Sequence record: KX452698
Reading direction: 5' to 3' (one strand)
DNA from: Shigella phage KNP5
Length of the DNA stretch: 64,000 nucleotides
The notes beneath the pieces are model-generated. The model searched no databases and was not told where the DNA came from. It saw only the letters and a program-made list of their open reading frames with translations. The stretch's first letter is position 1, and each line of letters begins with the position of its first letter. Made by a program: the position numbers and the translations under genes. This document shows, one piece after another, positions 12,401-24,400 of this stretch.

Positions 12401-15400
12401 NNNNNNNNNNNNNNNNNNNNNNNNNNNNNNNNNNNNNNNNNNNNNNNNNNNNNNNNNNNNNNNNNNNNNNNNNNNNNNNNNNNNNNNNNNNNNNNNNNNN
12501 NNNNNNNNNNNNNNNNNNNNNNNNNNNNNNNNNNNNNNNNNNNNNNNNNNNNNNNNNNNNNNNNNNNNNNNNNNNNNNNNNNNNNNNNNNNNNNNNNNNN
12601 NNNNNNNNNNNNNNNNNNNNNNNNNNNNNNNNNNNNNNNNNNNNNNNNNNNNNNNNNNNNNNNNNNNNNNNNNNNNNNNNNNNNNNNNNNNNNNNNNNNN
12701 NNNNNNNNNNNNNNNNNNNNNNNNNNNNNNNNNNNNNNNNNNNNNNNNNNNNNNNNNNNNNNNNNNNNNNNNNNNNNNNNNNNNNNNNNNNNNNNNNNNN
12801 NNNNNNNNNNNNNNNNNNNNNNNNNNNNNNNNNNNNNNNNNNNNNNNNNNNNNNNNNNNNNNNNNNNNNNNNNNNNNNNNNNNNNNNNNNNNNNNNNNNN
12901 NNNNNNNNNNNNNNNNNNNNNNNNNNNNNNNNNNNNNNNNNNNNNNNNNNNNNNNNNNNNNNNNNNNNNNNNNNNNNNNNNNNNNNNNNNNNNNNNNNNN
13001 NNNNNNNNNNNNNNNNNNNNNNNNNNNNNNNNNNNNNNNNNNNNNNNNNNNNNNNNNNNNNNNNNNNNNNNNNNNNNNNNNNNNNNNNNNNNNNNNNNNN
13101 NNNNNNNNNNNNNNNNNNNNNNNNNNNNNNNNNNNNNNNNNNNNNNNNNNNNNNNNNNNNNNNNNNNNNNNNNNNNNNNNNNNNNNNNNNNNNNNNNNNN
13201 NNNNNNNNNNNNNNNNNNNNNNNNNNNNNNNNNNNNNNNNNNNNNNNNNNNNNNNNNNNNNNNNNNNNNNNNNNNNNNNNNNNNNNNNNNNNNNNNNNNN
13301 NNNNNNNNNNNNNNNNNNNNNNNNNNNNNNNNNNNNNNNNNNNNNNNNNNNNNNNNNNNNNNNNNNNNNNNNNNNNNNNNNNNNNNNNNNNNNNNNNNNN
13401 NNNNNNNNNNNNNNNNNNNNNNNNNNNNNNNNNNNNNNNNNNNNNNNNNNNNNNNNNNNNNNNNNNNNNNNNNNNNNNNNNNNNNNNNNNNNNNNNNNNN
13501 NNNNNNNNNNNNNNNNNNNNNNNNNNNNNNNNNNNNNNNNNNNNNNNNNNNNNNNNNNNNNNNNNNNNNNNNNNNNNNNNNNNNNNNNNNNNNNNNNNNN
13601 NNNNNNNNNNNNNNNNNNNNNNNNNNNNNNNNNNNNNNNNNNNNNNNNNNNNNNNNNNNNNNNNNNNNNNNNNNNNNNNNNNNNNNNNNNNNNNNNNNNN
13701 NNNNNNNNNNNNNNNNNNNNNNNNNNNNNNNNNNNNNNNNNNNNNNNNNNNNNNNNNNNNNNNNNNNNNNNNNNNNNNNNNNNNNNNNNNNNNNNNNNNN
13801 NNNNNNNNNNNNNNNNNNNNNNNNNNNNNNNNNNNNNNNNNNNNNNNNNNNNNNNNNNNNNNNNNNNNNNNNNNNNNNNNNNNNNNNNNNNNNNNNNNNN
13901 NNNNNNNNNNNNNNNNNNNNNNNNNNNNNNNNNNNNNNNNNNNNNNNNNNNNNNNNNNNNNNNNNNNNNNNNNNNNNNNNNNNNNNNNNNNNNNNNNNNN
14001 NNNNNNNNNNNNNNNNNNNNNNNNNNNNNNNNNNNNNNNNNNNNNNNNNNNNNNNNNNNNNNNNNNNNNNNNNNNNNNNNNNNNNNNNNNNNNNNNNNNN
14101 NNNNNNNNNNNNNNNNNNNNNNNNNNNNNNNNNNNNNNNNNNNNNNNNNNNNNNNNNNNNNNNNNNNNNNNNNNNNNNNNNNNNNNNNNNNNNNNNNNNN
14201 NNNNNNNNNNNNNNNNNNNNNNNNNNNNNNNNNNNNNNNNNNNNNNNNNNNNNNNNNNNNNNNNNNNNNNNNNNNNNNNNNNNNNNNNNNNNNNNNNNNN
14301 NNNNNNNNNNNNNNNNNNNNNNNNNNNNNNNNNNNNNNNNNNNNNNNNNNNNNNNNNNNNNNNNNNNNNNNNNNNNNNNNNNNNNNNNNNNNNNNNNNNN
14401 NNNNNNNNNNNNNNNNNNNNNNNNNNNNNNNNNNNNNNNNNNNNNNNNNNNNNNNNNNNNNNNNNNNNNNNNNNNNNNNNNNNNNNNNNNNNNNNNNNNN
14501 NNNNNNNNNNNNNNNNNNNNNNNNNNNNNNNNNNNNNNNNNNNNNNNNNNNNNNNNNNNNNNNNNNNNNNNNNNNNNNNNNNNNNNNNNNNNNNNNNNNN
14601 NNNNNNNNNNNNNNNNNNNNNNNNNNNNNNNNNNNNNNNNNNNNNNNNNNNNNNNNNNNNNNNNNNNNNNNNNNNNNNNNNNNNNNNNNNNNNNNNNNNN
14701 NNNNNNNNNNNNNNNNNNNNNNNNNNNNNNNNNNNNNNNNNNNNNNNNNNNNNNNNNNNNNNNNNNNNNNNNNNNNNNNNNNNNNNNNNNNNNNNNNNNN
14801 NNNNNNNNNNNNNNNNNNNNNNNNNNNNNNNNNNNNNNNNNNNNNNNNNNNNNNNNNNNNNNNNNNNNNNNNNNNNNNNNNNNNNNNNNNNNNNNNNNNN
14901 NNNNNNNNNNNNNNNNNNNNNNNNNNNNNNNNNNNNNNNNNNNNNNNNNNNNNNNNNNNNNNNNNNNNNNNNNNNNNNNNNNNNNNNNNNNNNNNNNNNN
15001 NNNNNNNNNNNNNNNNNNNNNNNNNNNNNNNNNNNNNNNNNNNNNNNNNNNNNNNNNNNNNNNNNNNNNNNNNNNNNNNNNNNNNNNNNNNNNNNNNNNN
15101 NNNNNNNNNNNNNNNNNNNNNNNNNNNNNNNNNNNNNNNNNNNNNNNNNNNNNNNNNNNNNNNNNNNNNNNNNNNNNNNNNNNNNNNNNNNNNNNNNNNN
15201 NNNNNNNNNNNNNNNNNNNNNNNNNNNNNNNNNNNNNNNNNNNNNNNNNNNNNNNNNNNNNNNNNNNNNNNNNNNNNNNNNNNNNNNNNNNNNNNNNNNN
15301 NNNNNNNNNNNNNNNNNNNNNNNNNNNNNNNNNNNNNNNNNNNNNNNNNNNNNNNNNNNNNNNNNNNNNNNNNNNNNNNNNNNNNNNNNNNNNNNNNNNN

Positions 15401-18400
15401 NNNNNNNNNNNNNNNNNNNNNNNNNNNNNNNNNNNNNNNNNNNNNNNNNNNNNNNNNNNNNNNNNNNNNNNNNNNNNNNNNNNNNNNNNNNNNNNNNNNN
15501 NNNNNNNNNNNNNNNNNNNNNNNNNNNNNNNNNNNNNNNNNNNNNNNNNNNNNNNNNNNNNNNNNNNNNNNNNNNNNNNNNNNNNNNNNNNNNNNNNNNN
15601 NNNNNNNNNNNNNNNNNNNNNNNNNNNNNNNNNNNNNNNNNNNNNNNNNNNNNNNNNNNNNNNNNNNNNNNNNNNNNNNNNNNNNNNNNNNNNNNNNNNN
15701 NNNNNNNNNNNNNNNNNNNNNNNNNNNNNNNNNNNNNNNNNNNNNNNNNNNNNNNNNNNNNNNNNNNNNNNNNNNNNNNNNNNNNNNNNNNNNNNNNNNN
15801 NNNNNNNNNNNNNNNNNNNNNNNNNNNNNNNNNNNNNNNNNNNNNNNNNNNNNNNNNNNNNNNNNNNNNNNNNNNNNNNNNNNNNNNNNNNNNNNNNNNN
15901 NNNNNNNNNNNNNNNNNNNNNNNNNNNNNNNNNNNNNNNNNNNNNNNNNNNNNNNNNNNNNNNNNNNNNNNNNNNNNNNNNNNNNNNNNNNNNNNNNNNN
16001 NNNNNNNNNNNNNNNNNNNNNNNNNNNNNNNNNNNNNNNNNNNNNNNNNNNNNNNNNNNNNNNNNNNNNNNNNNNNNNNNNNNNNNNNNNNNNNNNNNNN
16101 NNNNNNNNNNNNNNNNNNNNNNNNNNNNNNNNNNNNNNNNNNNNNNNNNNNNNNNNNNNNNNNNNNNNNNNNNNNNNNNNNNNNNNNNNNNNNNNNNNNN
16201 NNNNNNNNNNNNNNNNNNNNNNNNNNNNNNNNNNNNNNNNNNNNNNNNNNNNNNNNNNNNNNNNNNNNNNNNNNNNNNNNNNNNNNNNNNNNNNNNNNNN
16301 NNNNNNNNNNNNNNNNNNNNNNNNNNNNNNNNNNNNNNNNNNNNNNNNNNNNNNNNNNNNNNNNNNNNNNNNNNNNNNNNNNNNNNNNNNNNNNNNNNNN
16401 NNNNNNNNNNNNNNNNNNNNNNNNNNNNNNNNNNNNNNNNNNNNNNNNNNNNNNNNNNNNNNNNNNNNNNNNNNNNNNNNNNNNNNNNNNNNNNNNNNNN
16501 NNNNNNNNNNNNNNNNNNNNNNNNNNNNNNNNNNNNNNNNNNNNNNNNNNNNNNNNNNNNNNNNNNNNNNNNNNNNNNNNNNNNNNNNNNNNNNNNNNNN
16601 NNNNNNNNNNNNNNNNNNNNNNNNNNNNNNNNNNNNNNNNNNNNNNNNNNNNNNNNNNNNNNNNNNNNNNNNNNNNNNNNNNNNNNNNNNNNNNNNNNNN
16701 NNNNNNNNNNNNNNNNNNNNNNNNNNNNNNNNNNNNNNNNNNNNNNNNNNNNNNNNNNNNNNNNNNNNNNNNNNNNNNNNNNNNNNNNNNNNNNNNNNNN
16801 NNNNNNNNNNNNNNNNNNNNNNNNNNNNNNNNNNNNNNNNNNNNNNNNNNNNNNNNNNNNNNNNNNNNNNNNNNNNNNNNNNNNNNNNNNNNNNNNNNNN
16901 NNNNNNNNNNNNNNNNNNNNNNNNNNNNNNNNNNNNNNNNNNNNNNNNNNNNNNNNNNNNNNNNNNNNNNNNNNNNNNNNNNNNNNNNNNNNNNNNNNNN
17001 NNNNNNNNNNNNNNNNNNNNNNNNNNNNNNNNNNNNNNNNNNNNNNNNNNNNNNNNNNNNNNNNNNNNNNNNNNNNNNNNNNNNNNNNNNNNNNNNNNNN
17101 NNNNNNNNNNNNNNNNNNNNNNNNNNNNNNNNNNNNNNNNNNNNNNNNNNNNNNNNNNNNNNNNNNNNNNNNNNNNNNNNNNNNNNNNNNNNNNNNNNNN
17201 NNNNNNNNNNNNNNNNNNNNNNNNNNNNNNNNNNNNNNNNNNNNNNNNNNNNNNNNNNNNNNNNNNNNNNNNNNNNNNNNNNNNNNNNNNNNNNNNNNNN
17301 NNNNNNNNNNNNNNNNNNNNNNNNNNNNNNNNNNNNNNNNNNNNNNNNNNNNNNNNNNNNNNNNNNNNNNNNNNNNNNNNNNNNNNNNNNNNNNNNNNNN
17401 NNNNNNNNNNNNNNNNNNNNNNNNNNNNNNNNNNNNNNNNNNNNNNNNNNNNNNNNNNNNNNNNNNNNNNNNNNNNNNNNNNNNNNNNNNNNNNNNNNNN
17501 NNNNNNNNNNNNNNNNNNNNNNNNNNNNNNNNNNNNNNNNNNNNNNNNNNNNNNNNNNNNNNNNNNNNNNNNNNNNNNNNNNNNNNNNNNNNNNNNNNNN
17601 NNNNNNNNNNNNNNNNNNNNNNNNNNNNNNNNNNNNNNNNNNNNNNNNNNNNNNNNNNNNNNNNNNNNNNNNNNNNNNNNNNNNNNNNNNNNNNNNNNNN
17701 NNNNNNNNNNNNNNNNNNNNNNNNNNNNNNNNNNNNNNNNNNNNNNNNNNNNNNNNNNNNNNNNNNNNNNNNNNNNNNNNNNNNNNNNNNNNNNNNNNNN
17801 NNNNNNNNNNNNNNNNNNNNNNNNNNNNNNNNNNNNNNNNNNNNNNNNNNNNNNNNNNNNNNNNNNNNNNNNNNNNNNNNNNNNNNNNNNNNNNNNNNNN
17901 NNNNNNNNNNNNNNNNNNNNNNNNNNNNNNNNNNNNNNNNNNNNNNNNNNNNNNNNNNNNNNNNNNNNNNNNNNNNNNNNNNNNNNNNNNNNNNNNNNNN
18001 NNNNNNNNNNNNNNNNNNNNNNNNNNNNNNNNNNNNNNNNNNNNNNNNNNNNNNNNNNNNNNNNNNNNNNNNNNNNNNNNNNNNNNNNNNNNNNNNNNNN
18101 NNNNNNNNNNNNNNNNNNNNNNNNNNNNNNNNNNNNNNNNNNNNNNNNNNNNNNNNNNNNNNNNNNNNNNNNNNNNNNNNNNNNNNNNNNNNNNNNNNNN
18201 NNNNNNNNNNNNNNNNNNNNNNNNNNNNNNNNNNNNNNNNNNNNNNNNNNNNNNNNNNNNNNNNNNNNNNNNNNNNNNNNNNNNNNNNNNNNNNNNNNNN
18301 NNNNNNNNNNNNNNNNNNNNNNNNNNNNNNNNNNNNNNNNNNNNNNNNNNNNNNNNNNNNNNNNNNNNNNNNNNNNNNNNNNNNNNNNNNNNNNNNNNNN

Positions 18401-21400
18401 NNNNNNNNNNNNNNNNNNNNNNNNNNNNNNNNNNNNNNNNNNNNNNNNNNNNNNNNNNNNNNNNNNNNNNNNNNNNNNNNNNNNNNNNNNNNNNNNNNNN
18501 NNNNNNNNNNNNNNNNNNNNNNNNNNNNNNNNNNNNNNNNNNNNNNNNNNNNNNNNNNNNNNNNNNNNNNNNNNNNNNNNNNNNNNNNNNNNNNNNNNNN
18601 NNNNNNNNNNNNNNNNNNNNNNNNNNNNNNNNNNNNNNNNNNNNNNNNNNNNNNNNNNNNNNNNNNNNNNNNNNNNNNNNNNNNNNNNNNNNNNNNNNNN
18701 NNNNNNNNNNNNNNNNNNNNNNNNNNNNNNNNNNNNNNNNNNNNNNNNNNNNNNNNNNNNNNNNNNNNNNNNNNNNNNNNNNNNNNNNNNNNNNNNNNNN
18801 NNNNNNNNNNNNNNNNNNNNNNNNNNNNNNNNNNNNNNNNNNNNNNNNNNNNNNNNNNNNNNNNNNNNNNNNNNNNNNNNNNNNNNNNNNNNNNNNNNNN
18901 NNNNNNNNNNNNNNNNNNNNNNNNNNNNNNNNNNNNNNNNNNNNNNNNNNNNNNNNNNNNNNNNNNNNNNNNNNNNNNNNNNNNNNNNNNNNNNNNNNNN
19001 NNNNNNNNNNNNNNNNNNNNNNNNNNNNNNNNNNNNNNNNNNNNNNNNNNNNNNNNNNNNNNNNNNNNNNNNNNNNNNNNNNNNNNNNNNNNNNNNNNNN
19101 NNNNNNNNNNNNNNNNNNNNNNNNNNNNNNNNNNNNNNNNNNNNNNNNNNNNNNNNNNNNNNNNNNNNNNNNNNNNNNNNNNNNNNNNNNNNNNNNNNNN
19201 NNNNNNNNNNNNNNNNNNNNNNNNNNNNNNNNNNNNNNNNNNNNNNNNNNNNNNNNNNNNNNNNNNNNNNNNNNNNNNNNNNNNNNNNNNNNNNNNNNNN
19301 NNNNNNNNNNNNNNNNNNNNNNNNNNNNNNNNNNNNNNNNNNNNNNNNNNNNNNNNNNNNNNNNNNNNNNNNNNNNNNNNNNNNNNNNNNNNNNNNNNNN
19401 NNNNNNNNNNNNNNNNNNNNNNNNNNNNNNNNNNNNNNNNNNNNNNNNNNNNNNNNNNNNNNNNNNNNNNNNNNNNNNNNNNNNNNNNNNNNNNNNNNNN
19501 NNNNNNNNNNNNNNNNNNNNNNNNNNNNNNNNNNNNNNNNNNNNNNNNNNNNNNNNNNNNNNNNNNNNNNNNNNNNNNNNNNNNNNNNNNNNNNNNNNNN
19601 NNNNNNNNNNNNNNNNNNNNNNNNNNNNNNNNNNNNNNNNNNNNNNNNNNNNNNNNNNNNNNNNNNNNNNNNNNNNNNNNNNNNNNNNNNNNNNNNNNNN
19701 NNNNNNNNNNNNNNNNNNNNNNNNNNNNNNNNNNNNNNNNNNNNNNNNNNNNNNNNNNNNNNNNNNNNNNNNNNNNNNNNNNNNNNNNNNNNNNNNNNNN
19801 NNNNNNNNNNNNNNNNNNNNNNNNNNNNNNNNNNNNNNNNNNNNNNNNNNNNNNNNNNNNNNNNNNNNNNNNNNNNNNNNNNNNNNNNNNNNNNNNNNNN
19901 NNNNNNNNNNNNNNNNNNNNNNNNNNNNNNNNNNNNNNNNNNNNNNNNNNNNNNNNNNNNNNNNNNNNNNNNNNNNNNNNNNNNNNNNNNNNNNNNNNNN
20001 NNNNNNNNNNNNNNNNNNNNNNNNNNNNNNNNNNNNNNNNNNNNNNNNNNNNNNNNNNNNNNNNNNNNNNNNNNNNNNNNNNNNNNNNNNNNNNNNNNNN
20101 NNNNNNNNNNNNNNNNNNNNNNNNNNNNNNNNNNNNNNNNNNNNNNNNNNNNNNNNNNNNNNNNNNNNNNNNNNNNNNNNNNNNNNNNNNNNNNNNNNNN
20201 NNNNNNNNNNNNNNNNNNNNNNNNNNNNNNNNNNNNNNNNNNNNNNNNNNNNNNNNNNNNNNNNNNNNNNNNNNNNNNNNNNNNNNNNNNNNNNNNNNNN
20301 NNNNNNNNNNNNNNNNNNNNNNNNNNNNNNNNNNNNNNNNNNNNNNNNNNNNNNNNNNNNNNNNNNNNNNNNNNNNNNNNNNNNNNNNNNNNNNNNNNNN
20401 NNNNNNNNNNNNNNNNNNNNNNNNNNNNNNNNNNNNNNNNNNNNNNNNNNNNNNNNNNNNNNNNNNNNNNNNNNNNNNNNNNNNNNNNNNNNNNNNNNNN
20501 NNNNNNNNNNNNNNNNNNNNNNNNNNNNNNNNNNNNNNNNNNNNNNNNNNNNNNNNNNNNNNNNNNNNNNNNNNNNNNNNNNNNNNNNNNNNNNNNNNNN
20601 NNNNNNNNNNNNNNNNNNNNNNNNNNNNNNNNNNNNNNNNNNNNNNNNNNNNNNNNNNNNNNNNNNNNNNNNNNNNNNNNNNNNNNNNNNNNNNNNNNNN
20701 NNNNNNNNNNNNNNNNNNNNNNNNNNNNNNNNNNNNNNNNNNNNNNNNNNNNNNNNNNNNNNNNNNNNNNNNNNNNNNNNNNNNNNNNNNNNNNNNNNNN
20801 NNNNNNNNNNNNNNNNNNNNNNNNNNNNNNNNNNNNNNNNNNNNNNNNNNNNNNNNNNNNNNNNNNNNNNNNNNNNNNNNNNNNNNNNNNNNNNNNNNNN
20901 NNNNNNNNNNNNNNNNNNNNNNNNNNNNNNNNNNNNNNNNNNNNNNNNNNNNNNNNNNNNNNNNNNNNNNNNNNNNNNNNNNNNNNNNNNNNNNNNNNNN
21001 NNNNNNNNNNNNNNNNNNNNNNNNNNNNNNNNNNNNNNNNNNNNNNNNNNNNNNNNNNNNNNNNNNNNNNNNNNNNNNNNNNNNNNNNNNNNNNNNNNNN
21101 NNNNNNNNNNNNNNNNNNNNNNNNNNNNNNNNNNNNNNNNNNNNNNNNNNNNNNNNNNNNNNNNNNNNNNNNNNNNNNNNNNNNNNNNNNNNNNNNNNNN
21201 NNNNNNNNNNNNNNNNNNNNNNNNNNNNNNNNNNNNNNNNNNNNNNNNNNNNNNNNNNNNNNNNNNNNNNNNNNNNNNNNNNNNNNNNNNNNNNNNNNNN
21301 NNNNNNNNNNNNNNNNNNNNNNNNNNNNNNNNNNNNNNNNNNNNNNNNNNNNNNNNNNNNNNNNNNNNNNNNNNNNNNNNNNNNNNNNNNNNNNNNNNNN

Positions 21401-24400
21401 NNNNNNNNNNNNNNNNNNNNNNNNNNNNNNNNNNNNNNNNNNNNNNNNNNNNNNNNNNNNNNNNNNNNNNNNNNNNNNNNNNNNNNNNNNNNNNNNNNNN
21501 NNNNNNNNNNNNNNNNNNNNNNNNNNNNNNNNNNNNNNNNNNNNNNNNNNNNNNNNNNNNNNNNNNNNNNNNNNNNNNNNNNNNNNNNNNNNNNNNNNNN
21601 NNNNNNNNNNNNNNNNNNNNNNNNNNNNNNNNNNNNNNNNNNNNNNNNNNNNNNNNNNNNNNNNNNNNNNNNNNNNNNNNNNNNNNNNNNNNNNNNNNNN
21701 NNNNNNNNNNNNNNNNNNNNNNNNNNNNNNNNNNNNNNNNNNNNNNNNNNNNNNNNNNNNNNNNNNNNNNNNNNNNNNNNNNNNNNNNNNNNNNNNNNNN
21801 NNNNNNNNNNNNNNNNNNNNNNNNNNNNNNNNNNNNNNNNNNNNNNNNNNNNNNNNNNNNNNNNNNNNNNNNNNNNNNNNNNNNNNNNNNNNNNNNNNNN
21901 NNNNNNNNNNNNNNNNNNNNNNNNNNNNNNNNNNNNNNNNNNNNNNNNNNNNNNNNNNNNNNNNNNNNNNNNNNNNNNNNNNNNNNNNNNNNNNNNNNNN
22001 NNNNNNNNNNNNNNNNNNNNNNNNNNNNNNNNNNNNNNNNNNNNNNNNNNNNNNNNNNNNNNNNNNNNNNNNNNNNNNNNNNNNNNNNNNNNNNNNNNNN
22101 NNNNNNNNNNNNNNNNNNNNNNNNNNNNNNNNNNNNNNNNNNNNNNNNNNNNNNNNNNNNNNNNNNNNNNNNNNNNNNNNNNNNNNNNNNNNNNNNNNNN
22201 NNNNNNNNNNNNNNNNNNNNNNNNNNNNNNNNNNNNNNNNNNNNNNNNNNNNNNNNNNNNNNNNNNNNNNNNNNNNNNNNNNNNNNNNNNNNNNNNNNNN
22301 NNNNNNNNNNNNNNNNNNNNNNNNNNNNNNNNNNNNNNNNNNNNNNNNNNNNNNNNNNNNNNNNNNNNNNNNNNNNNNNNNNNNNNNNNNNNNNNNNNNN
22401 NNNNNNNNNNNNNNNNNNNNNNNNNNNNNNNNNNNNNNNNNNNNNNNNNNNNNNNNNNNNNNNNNNNNNNNNNNNNNNNNNNNNNNNNNNNNNNNNNNNN
22501 NNNNNNNNNNNNNNNNNNNNNNNNNNNNNNNNNNNNNNNNNNNNNNNNNNNNNNNNNNNNNNNNNNNNNNNNNNNNNNNNNNNNNNNNNNNNNNNNNNNN
22601 NNNNNNNNNNNNNNNNNNNNNNNNNNNNNNNNNNNNNNNNNNNNNNNNNNNNNNNNNNNNNNNNNNNNNNNNNNNNNNNNNNNNNNNNNNNNNNNNNNNN
22701 NNNNNNNNNNNNNNNNNNNNNNNNNNNNNNNNNNNNNNNNNNNNNNNNNNNNNNNNNNNNNNNNNNNNNNNNNNNNNNNNNNNNNNNNNNNNNNNNNNNN
22801 NNNNNNNNNNNNNNNNNNNNNNNNNNNNNNNNNNNNNNNNNNNNNNNNNNNNNNNNNNNNNNNNNNNNNNNNNNNNNNNNNNNNNNNNNNNNNNNNNNNN
22901 NNNNNNNNNNNNNNNNNNNNNNNNNNNNNNNNNNNNNNNNNNNNNNNNNNNNNNNNNNNNNNNNNNNNNNNNNNNNNNNNNNNNNNNNNNNNNNNNNNNN
23001 NNNNNNNNNNNNNNNNNNNNNNNNNNNNNNNNNNNNNNNNNNNNNNNNNNNNNNNNNNNNNNNNNNNNNNNNNNNNNNNNNNNNNNNNNNNNNNNNNNNN
23101 NNNNNNNNNNNNNNNNNNNNNNNNNNNNNNNNNNNNNNNNNNNNNNNNNNNNNNNNNNNNNNNNNNNNNNNNNNNNNNNNNNNNNNNNNNNNNNNNNNNN
23201 NNNNNNNNNNNNNNNNNNNNNNNNNNNNNNNNNNNNNNNNNNNNNNNNNNNNNNNNNNNNNNNNNNNNNNNNNNNNNNNNNNNNNNNNNNNNNNNNNNNN
23301 NNNNNNNNNNNNNNNNNNNNNNNNNNNNNNNNNNNNNNNNNNNNNNNNNNNNNNNNNNNNNNNNNNNNNNNNNNNNNNNNNNNNNNNNNNNNNNNNNNNN
23401 NNNNNNNNNNNNNNNNNNNNNNNNNNNNNNNNNNNNNNNNNNNNNNNNNNNNNNNNNNNNNNNNNNNNNNNNNNNNNNNNNNNNNNNNNNNNNNNNNNNN
23501 NNNNNNNNNNNNNNNNNNNNNNNNNNNNNNNNNNNNNNNNNNNNNNNNNNNNNNNNNNNNNNNNNNNNNNNNNNNNNNNNNNNNNNNNNNNNNNNNNNNN
23601 NNNNNNNNNNNNNNNNNNNNNNNNNNNNNNNNNNNNNNNNNNNNNNNNNNNNNNNNNNNNNNNNNNNNNNNNNNNNNNNNNNNNNNNNNNNNNNNNNNNN
23701 NNNNNNNNNNNNNNNNNNNNNNNNNNNNNNNNNNNNNNNNNNNNNNNNNNNNNNNNNNNNNNNNNNNNNNNNNNNNNNNNNNNNNNNNNNNNNNNNNNNN
23801 NNNNNNNNNNNNNNNNNNNNNNNNNNNNNNNNNNNNNNNNNNNNNNNNNNNNNNNNNNNNNNNNNNNNNNNNNNNNNNNNNNNNNNNNNNNNNNNNNNNN
23901 NNNNNNNNNNNNNNNNNNNNNNNNNNNNNNNNNNNNNNNNNNNNNNNNNNNNNNNNNNNNNNNNNNNNNNNNNNNNNNNNNNNNNNNNNNNNNNNNNNNN
24001 NNNNNNNNNNNNNNNNNNNNNNNNNNNNNNNNNNNNNNNNNNNNNNNNNNNNNNNNNNNNNNNNNNNNNNNNNNNNNNNNNNNNNNNNNNNNNNNNNNNN
24101 NNNNNNNNNNNNNNNNNNNNNNNNNNNNNNNNNNNNNNNNNNNNNNNNNNNNNNNNNNNNNNNNNNNNNNNNNNNNNNNNNNNNNNNNNNNNNNNNNNNN
24201 NNNNNNNNNNNNNNNNNNNNNNNNNNNNNNNNNNNNNNNNNNNNNNNNNNNNNNNNNNNNNNNNNNNNNNNNNNNNNNNNNNNNNNNNNNNNNNNNNNNN
24301 NNNNNNNNNNNNNNNNNNNNNNNNNNNNNNNNNNNNNNNNNNNNNNNNNNNNNNNNNNNNNNNNNNNNNNNNNNNNNNNNNNNNNNNNNNNNNNNNNNNN